This document shows, in pieces, positions 19,201 through 30,777 of a stretch of DNA of 64,000 nt (the stretch's first letter is position 1; every line of letters starts with the position of its first letter). The stretch is from a bacterium (GTDB taxonomy: Bacteria > UBA10199 > 2-02-FULL-44-16 > JAAZCA01), in assembly GCA_963674695.2 (NCBI GenBank), contig CAXXGI010000003.1:192001-256000 (forward strand), given 5' to 3'. The notes below the pieces were generated by a model, which ran no database searches, was not told where the DNA came from, and saw nothing but the letters and a program-made list of their open reading frames with translations. Made by a program: the position numbers and the translations under genes.

Positions 19201-20993
19201 GGGAACTCCAGGCCAATGTGAATGCCGTCGTTGATTCGGGCGGCATCTTTATCGAGAAGTCGATGCGCGATCTGGCGTCCCTGGAATCGAGTTTTGCTGA
19301 GCTTCTTGAACGCCACGGCCGAACGGAGGAGGCGGCGAGTCACTATGAACAGGCATCCGAGGCATACAAGCACGCCAACCTCAAGCGGGGAGAGGCATAT
19401 ATTGGCCATGCGGTTGCGCGGAAGGCTCACGATCTCTATCGCAAGGCTGCCGAGGAGGCCGCAGAAACAGGTGCGTTGATGCGTGCGGCCTCTTGCTTCG
19501 AACGGGCGGGTGACAATGTGACCACCGAGAACCTCGGGCCGCTCGGTTCGGACTGGCGTCCGGAACGGGAGCGCATGCTCCTCTACGGCAAGGCGGCTCG
19601 TCTCTACATGCATGCCACATCTCAGAAGGACCCTCGCTATGTCGCGGTTGTTGGAAAGCTGCGCGAGGTTCCAAATCTCGTTGAACGGATGAGGCCGGAC
19701 TATGCCGCTGAACTGCGTGTCTTTGCGGACGAGGTTGTCGCGCGGATTGAGGCGGAGGCCCCTGCAGAACCGAAGGCGATCGAAGGGCCAAATGCCAGTC
19801 GTGAGATGAGCCGTGAAGAACTCATCAAGTGTGTCGGGGAGATGGATCTCACGACCCTCCCCGGCGGGATCTACGAGCTGTTCCAGCAGAACAAGGTTGC
19901 GGGCGGTGCGATGATGGATGTGGCGATCCTCTTTGTCCAGGGGCGCATGCAGGAAGCGGAGGCGCGCGCTGCCGAGATCATCGGTCGCATCCGCGCCGAC
20001 GAGTTGGAGTTGGCCAGCAAGGTGGAAGCTGGCGAGGAACGCGAAGGCTACTACACGGGGCGCGATGTTGAGAAATCCAGTGTCATCACGGGGTCGACGG
20101 CCTTTGGCCCGATCGACGTCAATGTGCGACAGGCCATCGCGGACAAGCGCGCGCGCGGGGATTCTGGTCCGGTGCGTATTCTCACTATCGGTGCGGGGCA
20201 GGGGATGATGGAAGCGGAGCTCAAAGCGGAGTTCGGCGATGCGATCACGATCGATACCGTCGGGTTGCATCCGGTGGCGGATGAAAATCGCGCAGCGTTC
20301 GCGTCGGAAACAATCGGTGGCATTGAGGATGTCCCTCTCTCCGGGACCTATGATCGCATCCTCTCCATCTACGGCAGCTATCATGCTCCGGATGAGAAGC
20401 AGATAGAGGTCATGCAGAAGATTGTCGACGCGCTCGATGTGAACGGCGAGGCATTTTTTATGACACACATTTTCATTCCTCAGCCGGCAAAGGGGATCAG
20501 CGATCTGTATTCCGCGGTGCGAAACGCGTTCGCCGATCGCGGGATCATTCTTTCCGGAAATGCAGACGTCGCAAAGCGGTTTATTTATATGCGACGCACG
20601 CGTGCAGAATCCTTCGATCTCGCCGAGGTGGCGGCGGAGGGGGTCGCTGTGATGAAAGCCCACTGGTATGGAAAGGATAAGCCTGATTCAGATGTCAGTC
20701 ACGTGCCCAGCATTCGAATCGGCCGTGATGATGCGCCGAAAATATATACGGATGAATCGAAGCTCGTGGCCGATCTCCATGCGGATGGATCGGAATTCAT
20801 GCGCGCCGTTGAAGCGCATCTCGATGTGCGCCTGCAAGAAGGGGGTGTCATCATTTACCATGAGTTGCGGCTGGCATTCCTGAGGAACGTGATGCACGAC
20901 ATGATCGACTATGGCATGAGCTTCGACGAAGCCTTCGACGTTGAGGTGCGTCAATATCATCGCAGTGGCAATGTCTCGTCTGTAAAGCCGTAG
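16245..20993 (+). CDS. Large multidomain orphan protein: EF-hand-like loop, hydrophobic helices, TPR-like region, C-terminal class I SAM-methyltransferase-like domain
   Basis: DGDGDGLLTRDE; Gly/Ala-rich hydrophobic block; ILTIGAGQG...YDRILS...IVDALDVNGEAFF. Start may be ATG 16293. Confidence 0.7.
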   Translation: MGLARWTPFHIPYGALMGHDVDIKPGIRAGVTDDAIAYERADIAAGQEPCLAELLDGDGDGLLTRDEYEHSRERLAEYDVVDAGFGSFLRFAEISRSAPAKAREAGVDHMVKPRETNATTSDALRTKAYEHARTLIGMAKETDSYVQAQKILGDAGMLLSQLGFVREVKRVHKMIVARARSEGREQDVAYFEALDAMGRNDVASVEARLSDIPQGYAGREVLDEYTSTHRRLERISLTFDASAALANAHIARMEEVEESFLGSTFGVNREEYKDALREVLDAWRERLISGRFESTRMILEDIWENEPDLRRGISILAGFDGADAVDNFDTLDDAISRGQCFESLTLSDLLNAEENPDANQLTDNITLACTNDGAKGKREAAAVAGIYEQHETFRDAMSDLIDREFENRGMFVTLRDSLQGFTQPVNVAIMIGGFGLARITTAALMSRIAPVGVEGLSIAARVGVQGAESVIEAGGFTVYSRMLTSLLTTQPVDWSGQAIAKEWATLALSFGFLRATHAPLTTLRQTLGKTKRFGLPTKAPVRAGGVNMPALTRGGEAIYKVIENLTHTTAFYSGGVVGHRAGFRDVPPHYFEEWLTLLQFQMAVRGANMATKGWVDRKAWEIRSKPALDASRTIAEAIVRGQRGVEDPNALIDMLTQEIYLSHVRGDLSARDLIDGARDVARDADGFQSQVPSPVMEGAGDGRSAVSNEVVSENILHMDGRSREGSRDGASLKDRVKALEGARDARSLDSARITSELVDEIVASRDVDLIRRFYHLLLDIPGSESIPRWRRLFTKLLDARRAVHAEYKGADVDAAVSLRRMEYDLGLFSNAVRTEHNIRVLRSDAVSDANKTNAIYQNEMYTNVWMDPATGLVEPPRPDSNLAFYLDIQNGAVTRVASSSSRIPLRWITGYEGMVLFKGLDKRDDGAYQPKAKAVRTPQAKGDDAGKTSKLPGWEKRPSTVCERASKMEKDGDVEGAVAVYTGRIGELQANVNAVVDSGGIFIEKSMRDLASLESSFAELLERHGRTEEAASHYEQASEAYKHANLKRGEAYIGHAVARKAHDLYRKAAEEAAETGALMRAASCFERAGDNVTTENLGPLGSDWRPERERMLLYGKAARLYMHATSQKDPRYVAVVGKLREVPNLVERMRPDYAAELRVFADEVVARIEAEAPAEPKAIEGPNASREMSREELIKCVGEMDLTTLPGGIYELFQQNKVAGGAMMDVAILFVQGRMQEAEARAAEIIGRIRADELELASKVEAGEEREGYYTGRDVEKSSVITGSTAFGPIDVNVRQAIADKRARGDSGPVRILTIGAGQGMMEAELKAEFGDAITIDTVGLHPVADENRAAFASETIGGIEDVPLSGTYDRILSIYGSYHAPDEKQIEVMQKIVDALDVNGEAFFMTHIFIPQPAKGISDLYSAVRNAFADRGIILSGNADVAKRFIYMRRTRAESFDLAEVAAEGVAVMKAHWYGKDKPDSDVSHVPSIRIGRDDAPKIYTDESKLVADLHADGSEFMRAVEAHLDVRLQEGGVIIYHELRLAFLRNVMHDMIDYGMSFDEAFDVEVRQYHRSGNVSSVKP

Positions 20994-21034
20994 GCCGATT
21001 CCCCATCTTTCCTTTCCTTTTCAATAACTTTCGG

Positions 21035-21063
21035 TTGCATCCCCCCGTCCCCTTGGCTATAGT
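21035..21063 (+). promoter_or_regulatory. Putative sigma70 promoter of the pur operon
   Basis: TTGCAT-N17-TATAGT followed by a GC-rich discriminator. Confidence 0.5.
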
Positions 21064-21145
21064 GCCCGCGCCTTGAACGGTTTCGCAATAAGCAAATAAA
21101 TACAACTAGTTACGCTATTTTTCCTGGGTTCGCCCAGGGACGATC

Positions 21146-21173
21146 TCACGAGTCACGAGTCACGAGTTACGGG
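21146..21173. repeat. 7-bp TCACGAG tandem tract just upstream of purB
   Basis: tcacgag x3 plus ttacggg. Same unit at 36637-36664, 39127-39151 and (inverted) 38931-38955, 52672-52702. Confidence 0.75.
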
Positions 21174-21179
21174 GTTTCC

Positions 21180-22478
21180 ATGATTCCACGCTATACCCGA
21201 GAAGAGATGAGTACCCTCTGGACCGACGAGGCCCGGTTCGATCGTTGGCTCGCGGTGGAGGTCGCTGTCTGCGAAGCTTGGGCTCGCCGGGGTGCAATTC
21301 CGGAAGAGGCGCTGGCTACCATCAAATCGAAGGCCGATTTCGATATCGAGCGCATCCACACCATCGAGGCCGAGGTTCACCACGACGTCATCGCCTTTCT
21401 CACGGCGGTGGCCGAAAAGGTGGGGCCCGACTCGCGTTTCATCCACATGGGGATGACTTCATCCGATTTGCTCGACACCTCCTTTGCCCTGCAGTTGCGC
21501 GACGCGGGTGCCCTCATCGCCAAAGGCGTGGAAAAGCTTGCCGAGGCGATTCGCGTGCGTGCATTCGAGCACAAAAATACGGTGATGATCGGCCGCAGCC
21601 ATGGCATCCATGCCGAGCCGATCACATTCGGGCTCAAGTGTGCCGTCTGGTATCAGGAGTTTGCACGCCATGCGGCACGTTTGGATGTCGCCATCGAAGA
21701 TATTGCGGTCGGAAAGATCTCCGGTGCGGTCGGTACCTTTGCGCACATCGATCCGGCCATCGAAGACGAAGTCTGTCGGGAAATCGGGCTCACGCCTGCG
21801 TTGGTCTCGACGCAGATCGTCCAGCGCGATCGGCACGCGCATTTTTTCTGCGTGCTCGCCGGCATCGCGGCCTCGATGGAGAAGATCGCTGTTGAAATTC
21901 GTCACCTGCAGCGCACCGAGGTGGGCGAGGCGGCCGAGGCCTTCGGCAAGAAGCAGAAGGGCTCGAGCGCTATGCCGCACAAGCGCAACCCGATCCTCTG
22001 CGAGAACATCACGGGGTTGGCGAGGCTCGTGCGCACGAATGCGATGGCCGCACTCGAGAACGTGGCGCTCTGGCACGAGCGCGACATTTCGCACTCGTCG
22101 GTCGAACGCGTGATCGCACCGGATTCCACCTGTCTCGTCGACTTTATGCTCGCGCGTCTGGCTCGCGTCATCAAGGGGCTCGATGTTTTTCCCGAGCGGA
22201 TGCAGAAAAACCTGGATGCGAGCTTTGGCATTTACAATTCGCAGGAAGTCATGCTCGCGCTCGTGCGCAGCGGCATGACGCGCGAAGAGGCCTATGCGCT
22301 CGTGCAGGCATCGGCGATGCGGGCGTGGAAGGAACAAACGCCCTTTTACGATCTCATCGCGAAGGAGTCGGCGATCACCGAGCGCATCTCGGATGAGGAA
22401 CTCAAGGCCATCTTCGATGTCGGCGCGCACACGAAACACGTCGATGCGATTTTCGAACGGGTGTTTGGGGACTCGTGA
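21180..22478 (+). CDS. purB: Adenylosuccinate lyase
   Basis: [43 protein letters not shown]. Confidence 0.98.
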   Translation: MIPRYTREEMSTLWTDEARFDRWLAVEVAVCEAWARRGAIPEEALATIKSKADFDIERIHTIEAEVHHDVIAFLTAVAEKVGPDSRFIHMGMTSSDLLDTSFALQLRDAGALIAKGVEKLAEAIRVRAFEHKNTVMIGRSHGIHAEPITFGLKCAVWYQEFARHAARLDVAIEDIAVGKISGAVGTFAHIDPAIEDEVCREIGLTPALVSTQIVQRDRHAHFFCVLAGIAASMEKIAVEIRHLQRTEVGEAAEAFGKKQKGSSAMPHKRNPILCENITGLARLVRTNAMAALENVALWHERDISHSSVERVIAPDSTCLVDFMLARLARVIKGLDVFPERMQKNLDASFGIYNSQEVMLALVRSGMTREEAYALVQASAMRAWKEQTPFYDLIAKESAITERISDEELKAIFDVGAHTKHVDAIFERVFGDS

Positions 22479-22651
22479 GATGGTGAGATGGCAAATTGGT
22501 GAGATGGCTATAAATGGTAAGATGGCTAAATAGTGAGATGGCTAGATCGCTTTATGGCAAGAAGATAGCTTTAGCTGTCTAGTGATTTAGCTATCTCACC
22601 ATCAAGCGATTTCACGATTAAGCTATCTCACCATTTAGCGATCTCACTATC
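22475..22651. repeat. Inverted microsatellite element, 8-bp GAGATGGY unit family
   Basis: Left arm gtgagatg/gagatggc units starting in the purB stop; right arm ctatctcaccat units. Confidence 0.85.
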
Positions 22652-22676
22652 TTACAAGAAACGAAAGGACTGAACC

Positions 22677-22916
22677 ATGCAAGCAAAAGTCTATGTGACG
22701 TTGAAGAAGGGCGTGCACGATCCGCAGGGTGCCGCTGTCGCGCGCACGTTGGGCACGATGGGGCACAAGGAGGTGAAGGGCGTGCGCGTCGGAAAATACA
22801 TCGAAGTGGAACTCATCGATATGGGTCAGGCTGAAGCGCAGGAGAAACTCACCACTGTCTGTGAGAAGCTCCTGGCCAACACCGTGATCGAGAGCTATCG
22901 CATCGAACTGCCCTGA
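22677..22916 (+). CDS. purS: FGAM synthase subunit PurS
   Basis: VTLKKGVHDPQG...VRVGKYIE...LLANTVIESY. Confidence 0.95.
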   Translation: MQAKVYVTLKKGVHDPQGAAVARTLGTMGHKEVKGVRVGKYIEVELIDMGQAEAQEKLTTVCEKLLANTVIESYRIELP

Positions 22917-22918
22917 TT

Positions 22919-23019
22919 CGTTGTCTCGTGAATCGTGAGATCGTGGTCTCGTTTTGAGCGTTCTTACGAGCCCACGAGTTTACGAGACCACGAGACCACG
23001 AGACTACGAGACTACGAGG
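22919..23019. repeat. Inverted microsatellite element, 8-bp CACGAGAC/TACGAGAC unit
   Basis: Left arm gtctcgtg/atcgtg; right arm tacgagac cacgagac cacgagac tacgagac tacgagg. Confidence 0.8.
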
Positions 23020-23025
23020 TTTGTG

Positions 23026-23718
23026 ATGAAATTTGGAATTATCGTTTTTCCAGCGAGCAACTGCGACCACGATTGTCATCACGTCTGCACCGAGGTGATG
23101 GGGCATCAGGCGGAGTTTCTCTGGCACAAACAGACCGATCTGGGGAACGCCGACTGTCTCATCCTTCCCGGCGGGTTCTCCTATGGGGATTATCTGCGCT
23201 CGGGAGCGATGGCGGCCTGTTCGCCCATCATGGATTCTGTTCGGAAATTTGCTGACGACGGAGGTCTTGTTATCGGTATCTGCAACGGTTTTCAAATTCT
23301 GCAGGAGGCGGGGCTCTTGCCCGGCGGACTCATGCGGAACAACTCCCTCGAATTCATCTGCCGCGATGTCTTCGTGCGCGTCGAGCGAAACGACACGCCG
23401 TTCACGCGAACCTGTCGCGCGGGCGAGGTGCTGCGCATCCCGATCGCGCACATGGACGGCAACTTCTTCATCGACCGAAAGGCGTTGGATAAACTCGAGA
23501 GCCGCGGGCAGATCCTTTTCCGCTACTGCGATGCGAGCGGAGATGTGGGTGATGATTCCAACCCCAACGGTTCGGTCGGTGCGGTCGCCGGTGTGACCAA
23601 TGAAAGGGGAAATGTCATGGGGCTCATGCCGCATCCTGAGCGCTGTAGCGAGTCGATCCTGGGAAATCGGGATGGGCGCAAGCTCTTCGAATCGATTGTG
23701 GGGACAGTGACACGTTAG
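23026..23718 (+). CDS. purQ: FGAM synthase glutaminase subunit
   Basis: PGGFSYGDYLR, GICNGFQIL, PIAH, MPHPER. Confidence 0.97.
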   Translation: MKFGIIVFPASNCDHDCHHVCTEVMGHQAEFLWHKQTDLGNADCLILPGGFSYGDYLRSGAMAACSPIMDSVRKFADDGGLVIGICNGFQILQEAGLLPGGLMRNNSLEFICRDVFVRVERNDTPFTRTCRAGEVLRIPIAHMDGNFFIDRKALDKLESRGQILFRYCDASGDVGDDSNPNGSVGAVAGVTNERGNVMGLMPHPERCSESILGNRDGRKLFESIVGTVTR

Positions 23719-23750
23719 TTGCTGTCCAAAGAATGATTTTTTCCGAATGT

Positions 23751-23821
23751 TGTCATTCCCGCGGAGGCGGGAATCTCGATGTTTCAAGTCAATCGGGATC
23801 CCCGTTTTCACGGGGATGACA
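23751..23821. repeat. REP/dRS3-like paired palindrome (TGTCATYCC...GGRATGACA), copy 1
   Basis: Contains ATTCCC-N8-GGGAAT and ends in ggggatgaca. Confidence 0.8.
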
Positions 23822-23841
23822 CACCATAGGCAAGGGAGCTT

Positions 23842-26121
<2,280 letters not shown>

Positions 26122-26124
<3 letters not shown>

Positions 26125-26175
26125 AGGGCGATTGATTCCTTCGGAATCGAAGGCGAAGGGTGAGGGGTGAAAGGG
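26122..26175. repeat. 7-bp AAGGGYG/AGGGGTG tract after purL
   Basis: gaaggcg aagggtg aggggtg aaaggg. Same family at 34128-34160, 35463-35517, 37470-37531 and 60029-60125. Confidence 0.7.
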
Positions 26176-26261
26176 TTTTTGTTCTTTCGCCTCAGCGAGC
26201 ATGAGCTCGCGGACGTCCATCGCCCAAGCGAATGAAATGAGCGGTCGTCTATCGAGGTTTT

Positions 26262-27656
26262 ATGTGCGGCATTATCGGCATTCACCATCACCCTGAGGCG
26301 GCGAATTTCGCCTATCTGGGCCTGTATGCGCAGCAGCATCGCGGGCAGGAGAGCTGCGGCATCGTGACCTCGGACGAGGGTCGCTTTCATCTGCACAAAT
26401 CGATGGGACTCGTCTCCGACGTCTTCAGTCGCGATGTGCTCGCGCGGCTGCCCGGCATGAGCGCCATCGGCCAGGTACGCTATTCCACCTCCGGCAGTTC
26501 CATCATCGAAAACGCGCAACCCTTCGTGGTGAATGCGAAACACGCATGGTCGGGTCTGGCGCACAACGGCAATCTGACCAACGCGGTCGTGCTGCGCCAT
26601 CAGCTCGAGGACGAAGGCGCCATCTTTCAGTCGACGATGGACTCCGAAGTCATCATGCATCTGTTTGCCCGGGAGCGCGAAGGCACGCTCGTAGAACGCC
26701 TGGCGGCAGCTCTGCGCCAGGTGGAGGGGGCCTATTCGCTCGTCTTCCTGACCGAGGGGAAACTCATCGCTGCGCGCGATCCGCGCGGGTGGCGTCCGCT
26801 CGTCATCGGGGAACACGACGGCGGGTTTTTCGTCGCCAACGAGACCAGCGCGTTCGATCTGATCGGCGCGACGTTTCTGCGTTCCGTCGAGCCCGGCGAG
26901 ATCCTGCTCTTCGAGGAAGGGCGTATGCAGTCGTATCCCGATCTGCTGGAAGCGAAGGCTGCCCCCAAGAAGGCGCACTGCATCTTCGAGTACATCTACT
27001 TCGCGCGCCCCGACAGCCATGTCTTCGATCGCGACGTCTACCCGATCCGCAAGGGGTTCGGCAGGCAGCTCGCCATCGAACACGCGGTTGCGGCCGATGT
27101 GGTCATCCCGGTTCCCGACTCGGGCGTGCCGGCGGCCATAGGCTTCTCGCAGGAGTCAGGCATCCCCTTCGAGATGGGGCTCATCCGCAACCACTATATC
27201 GGGCGCACCTTCATCGAGCCGTCGAACGAAATCCGTCACTTCGGCGTGAAGATCAAACTCAATCCCGTGCGCGAGGTGGTGCAAGGCAAGCGTGTGGTCG
27301 TCGTGGACGACTCGATCGTGCGCGGCACGACCTCGATGAAGATCGTCAAGATGCTGCGCCAGGCCGGCGCGGCCCAGGTGCACGTGCGCATCTCCAGCCC
27401 GCCCACCTGTTGGCCCTGCTTCTACGGCATCGACACGCCTACCCGCAAGGAGCTCATCGCCGCGCATCAATCGGTCGAAGAGATCCGCCAGTACATCACC
27501 GCCGATTCGCTCGGCTATCTCTCGCAGGACGGCCTCTACTGGTTCGAGAAGAAGGACCCGCGCGAGTGGTACTGCGACGCCTGCTTCACCGGCAACTACC
27601 CCATCGACGTCGCCGACGCCCCCGAAGTCATGAACGAATCCCACTGCTGTAAGTAA
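26262..27656 (+). CDS. purF: Amidophosphoribosyltransferase
   Basis: [46 protein letters not shown]. Confidence 0.98.
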   Translation: MCGIIGIHHHPEAANFAYLGLYAQQHRGQESCGIVTSDEGRFHLHKSMGLVSDVFSRDVLARLPGMSAIGQVRYSTSGSSIIENAQPFVVNAKHAWSGLAHNGNLTNAVVLRHQLEDEGAIFQSTMDSEVIMHLFAREREGTLVERLAAALRQVEGAYSLVFLTEGKLIAARDPRGWRPLVIGEHDGGFFVANETSAFDLIGATFLRSVEPGEILLFEEGRMQSYPDLLEAKAAPKKAHCIFEYIYFARPDSHVFDRDVYPIRKGFGRQLAIEHAVAADVVIPVPDSGVPAAIGFSQESGIPFEMGLIRNHYIGRTFIEPSNEIRHFGVKIKLNPVREVVQGKRVVVVDDSIVRGTTSMKIVKMLRQAGAAQVHVRISSPPTCWPCFYGIDTPTRKELIAAHQSVEEIRQYITADSLGYLSQDGLYWFEKKDPREWYCDACFTGNYPIDVADAPEVMNESHCCK

Positions 27657-27705
27657 CGCCCATTCGCATGCCGCATGAGGAATGAACCGGGCAGACGTTT
27701 TCTTG

Positions 27706-27981
27706 CATCGCGAGCCGGGCCCTTCCCTTCGTCGGAGGGCGTGACATCGTCCGACAATGTGTTTTTTGGGGACCGCCGTCTCGTCTTACACGCCGCCTCG
27801 ACGGCTTTTTCTTCTTTCATCGCAGCATTGTAGGCTTCGATAGCGATGAAAGAAGAGATCCCCTACAAACACCTTCCCGGGCGAGAGCTTCAAGTATATG
27901 TGTTCGGATTTTATGCTTCGGGATACGCTCGTCTCGCAAACGCGCCTTGAGACTCTTCCGGGAAGGGCCCGGCTCGCGATG
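27706..27981. repeat. Nested-palindrome non-coding element, family A copy 2
   Basis: Perfect 22-bp inverted repeat 27706-27727/27960-27981. Core is homologous to 4697-4810. Confidence 0.8.
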
Positions 27982-28013
27982 TCAGGAGATCTGCTGCAAC
28001 CATCTTCACATTA

Positions 28014-28250
28014 TTCAAGCCGGTGGGGATACCCTGTTGGAGCACCTCGCGGAAGGAGCCGTTTTGACCTGCGAAGAGCCGCCGGTTGAGATCGAAGATC
28101 TCAATTCCGAATGATGTCTGAGCCCGCCAGAATATGATGCGTTTTCCCACCTTCGGCGGGCGAGTTCACGAGGAAAGGCGGATCGAGTCAGATGTCAAAA
28201 CGTGCGACTGGAGCGGAAGTGCTCCAACAGGGTATCCCCACCGGCTTGAA
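28014..28250. repeat. Structured palindromic non-coding element, family B copy 2
   Basis: Perfect 32-bp terminal inverted repeat (28014-28045/28219-28250). Interior is homologous to 14876-15112. Confidence 0.85.
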
Positions 28251-28329
28251 CCTCTGTTGACGATGGGAACGGCGGTTGACACCGGGGGCGTTTTCCGCTC
28301 TTGTGTCGCCTTTCGAGAGGAAATCCACT

Positions 28330-29277
28330 ATGACCACACGTGTCCTTATCACCGGTTCAACCGGTTATCTCGGCTCTCGCGTCGTGAAGGCGCTGACCAA
28401 ACGCGAGGGGTGGGAAGTTTATGGCATCGATGTGCGCGAGCCGCGCAATGGGAATGGCTATGCGCGTTTCGTGAAGGGCTCGGTGACCGACGCGCGTCTC
28501 ATGCGCGAGACCTTCGACGAGGTGAAACCCGATATCGTCGTGCACCTGGCCTTCGTGGTGACCTCCACACACGATCGGAAACATGAAGAAGCGGTGGCCA
28601 TCGCGGGGGCGACGAACGTCCTGGCCGGATGCGATCGGGTGGGGGCGAAGAAGGTGGTCTTCCTCTCGAGCGTTGCCGCCTATGGGGCCTTTGACGACAA
28701 CGACACGCCGCTCACGGAAACGTCACGGATTCAGGGCGTGCAAGGGTATGGGTATTCGCGTCTGAAGGCCATCACCGACGGCATGGCGACGCGCTTCATG
28801 GAAGGCCATCCGCAATGCGATTTCGTTCTCCTGCGTCCCTGCCTCTTCATCGGGCCGAACACCAAGAACAATTTCTTCGATGTCCTCAAGTATCCGGTCG
28901 TGCCACAGGTCTTTGACCGCAAAGGTGTGCGCGATCCAGAGTTTCAGTTTATTCACGAGGACGACATGGCCGATTGCGTCGTGGCGGCCATCGACAAGCC
29001 CGTTCGCGGCATCTTCAATATTGCCGGGGAGGGCAAGGCTCCCTTTTCCGCGCTCATCCGCCGATTGGGGAAACGTCGCATCGGTATCCCGAGCTGGATC
29101 CTCTATCCGGCGACCGCGCTGCTCTGGAAGCTGCATCTCGTGACATCCCCTCCCGCACAGCTCAACTTCATCCGCTACCCCTGGGTGATGGACGTGGGCC
29201 GCATGCGCCGCGAACTCTTCACCCCCACCAAATCCACGATCGAAGCGTTCGACGAATATGCCCGCACGCATCGGTGA
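28330..29277 (+). CDS. NAD-dependent epimerase/dehydratase (extended SDR)
   Basis: ITGSTGYLG, VVHLA, FLSSVAAYG, YSRLK (YxxxK), QFIHEDD. RBS GAGG. Confidence 0.9.
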   Translation: MTTRVLITGSTGYLGSRVVKALTKREGWEVYGIDVREPRNGNGYARFVKGSVTDARLMRETFDEVKPDIVVHLAFVVTSTHDRKHEEAVAIAGATNVLAGCDRVGAKKVVFLSSVAAYGAFDDNDTPLTETSRIQGVQGYGYSRLKAITDGMATRFMEGHPQCDFVLLRPCLFIGPNTKNNFFDVLKYPVVPQVFDRKGVRDPEFQFIHEDDMADCVVAAIDKPVRGIFNIAGEGKAPFSALIRRLGKRRIGIPSWILYPATALLWKLHLVTSPPAQLNFIRYPWVMDVGRMRRELFTPTKSTIEAFDEYARTHR

Positions 29278-29354
29278 TGGTCGTGAACCGTAAACCGTGA
29301 CCTGTGATCCGGAATGAGCATTTAACCTCCTGTAAAATAACAACAAAAAAGCAC

Positions 29355-29381
29355 GCACCTTTTTGGGGCATCGGCCGATAC
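29355..29381 (+). promoter_or_regulatory. Putative sigma28-like promoter (variant)
   Basis: GCACCTT...GCCGATAC (CACC-N14), closely resembling the site at 13663-13689. Confidence 0.45.
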
Positions 29382-29453
29382 AGCATCGACGGGCGACGCT
29401 GTGCGTCTTGACCCTGACGCGGGGGGTAGGGCAGGAACAGGACAACCCGTGTT

Positions 29454-29528
29454 GTTGTCATCCCCGCGAACGCGGGGATCTCGATGGACCGTGAAAAGCG
29501 AGATTCCCGTTTTCGCGAGAATGACAAC
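29454..29528. repeat. REP/dRS3-like paired palindrome, copy 2
   Basis: gttgtcatccccgcgaacgcggggatc...gagaatgacaac. Confidence 0.8.
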
Positions 29529-29551
29529 CTTGAGATTAACTTCAGGTTCTT

Positions 29552-30649
29552 ATGAAAAATGTTCATTTTCACATGCTGTTGTTCATCGCGCTGCTCCTCT
29601 CGGCCTGTTCCGAGGGGGGGTCGTTTGTCGGCTGGCAGACCGAGACGTTCGAGGAGACGCTCGTCACCGAGAGCACGACCAAGACCTTTTCGCTCGGCAA
29701 CAACTCCTCCGATACCGAACAACGCATCAGCGCGATCGCTTTCGATCGCGGCTCCAACGCCGCCGGGCATTTTCGCATCGACGGCGTGCAGGTCGGCGAT
29801 CAGAGCGTGGGGCTTACCGATATCGTCATTCCGCCCGGAAGCGGGCTCGATGTGACGGTGACCTATTCGCCGATGAATCTCGATATCACGCGTGCGGATT
29901 GGGGTGGATGGGTGACCGGCGAGGAGAAACGCTGGGAACCGATTCATCCGGATCTGGTCGGCAAGGAGACCGAGGAGGAGATCATTCAACGCGCCGTCAT
30001 CGAGGCCGTCTATGATCATCCGAAGGACGGCATCTTCTACGTCCAGGTCGTGGGCATGGCCGCACCCGGACCCGAGGGCGAGGAAGAGGCCGGCGGCGCG
30101 TTTGCGAGCTGCACGCCCGGAAACGGCGTGGCCTGCTATGAAGGTGGTTTTGCGCTCGACATTCCGGAGCTCGCACCCGGCGGGCCGAAGGATCTGGAGA
30201 TCACCGGGCCCATTCGCTTTGCGATCAATGGCGGAGAGGCCACGCTGCGCATGGACGACTTTCCGTATGCCATCTTCTATCTGCGCAGCGAGGAGATTCC
30301 ACAGTTGCCCTCAGGGGTGACCGCCACGCTCGTCATCAGCGGTGCGCAGGGGGTGGAAGCCACCGGAACCTATGATGGCGCGCGACTGACGCTCGAGGGC
30401 GTGGCCTTTCGCATTCGCGTGAGTCTCGGCGAGCTCTCCTCCGATCAGCTGCGGGCGGGGATGTCGGCGATGGTCGACTTCGTGGTCGAGGATCTGACGA
30501 TCACGACGATCAAGCCGCTCGGACAGGATGGCATTACCCTGCACATGGAGACCAAGCTCTCGCAGAACCCATCCGGAAACGAACTCTTCGATCAGTTCCT
30601 CTCGGGATCGTCCATCATCGCAATCATGGAAGGTGACTTACTGCTCTAG
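29552..30649 (+). CDS. Hypothetical lipoprotein with probable N-terminal Ig-like domain
   Basis: LSAC lipobox; IPPGSGLDVTVTYSP Ig-like strand pattern. Confidence 0.7.
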   Translation: MKNVHFHMLLFIALLLSACSEGGSFVGWQTETFEETLVTESTTKTFSLGNNSSDTEQRISAIAFDRGSNAAGHFRIDGVQVGDQSVGLTDIVIPPGSGLDVTVTYSPMNLDITRADWGGWVTGEEKRWEPIHPDLVGKETEEEIIQRAVIEAVYDHPKDGIFYVQVVGMAAPGPEGEEEAGGAFASCTPGNGVACYEGGFALDIPELAPGGPKDLEITGPIRFAINGGEATLRMDDFPYAIFYLRSEEIPQLPSGVTATLVISGAQGVEATGTYDGARLTLEGVAFRIRVSLGELSSDQLRAGMSAMVDFVVEDLTITTIKPLGQDGITLHMETKLSQNPSGNELFDQFLSGSSIIAIMEGDLLL

Positions 30650-30661
30650 CGTAGAGCGATA

Positions 30662-30741
30662 TTGTCATTCCCGCGGGGGTAAGCGGGAATCTCGCTTTGT
30701 GTTCTTTTCCGTCGAGATCCCCGCCTTCGCGAGGATGACAA
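30662..30741. repeat. REP/dRS3-like paired palindrome, copy 3
   Basis: ttgtcattcccgcgggggtaagcgggaatc...gaggatgacaa. The left part is identical to that of copy 6. Confidence 0.8.
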
Positions 30742-30777
30742 CCAGGCTGATTGAAGTGCGCAGGGTTGACAGCCGAG

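Noticed and set aside
17961-20663. 900-aa minus-strand ORF
   Set aside because: Antisense shadow of the 1582-aa gene with no motifs. Such shadows are common in GC-rich DNA, as with 184-1656, 22849-24552 and 34013-35617.
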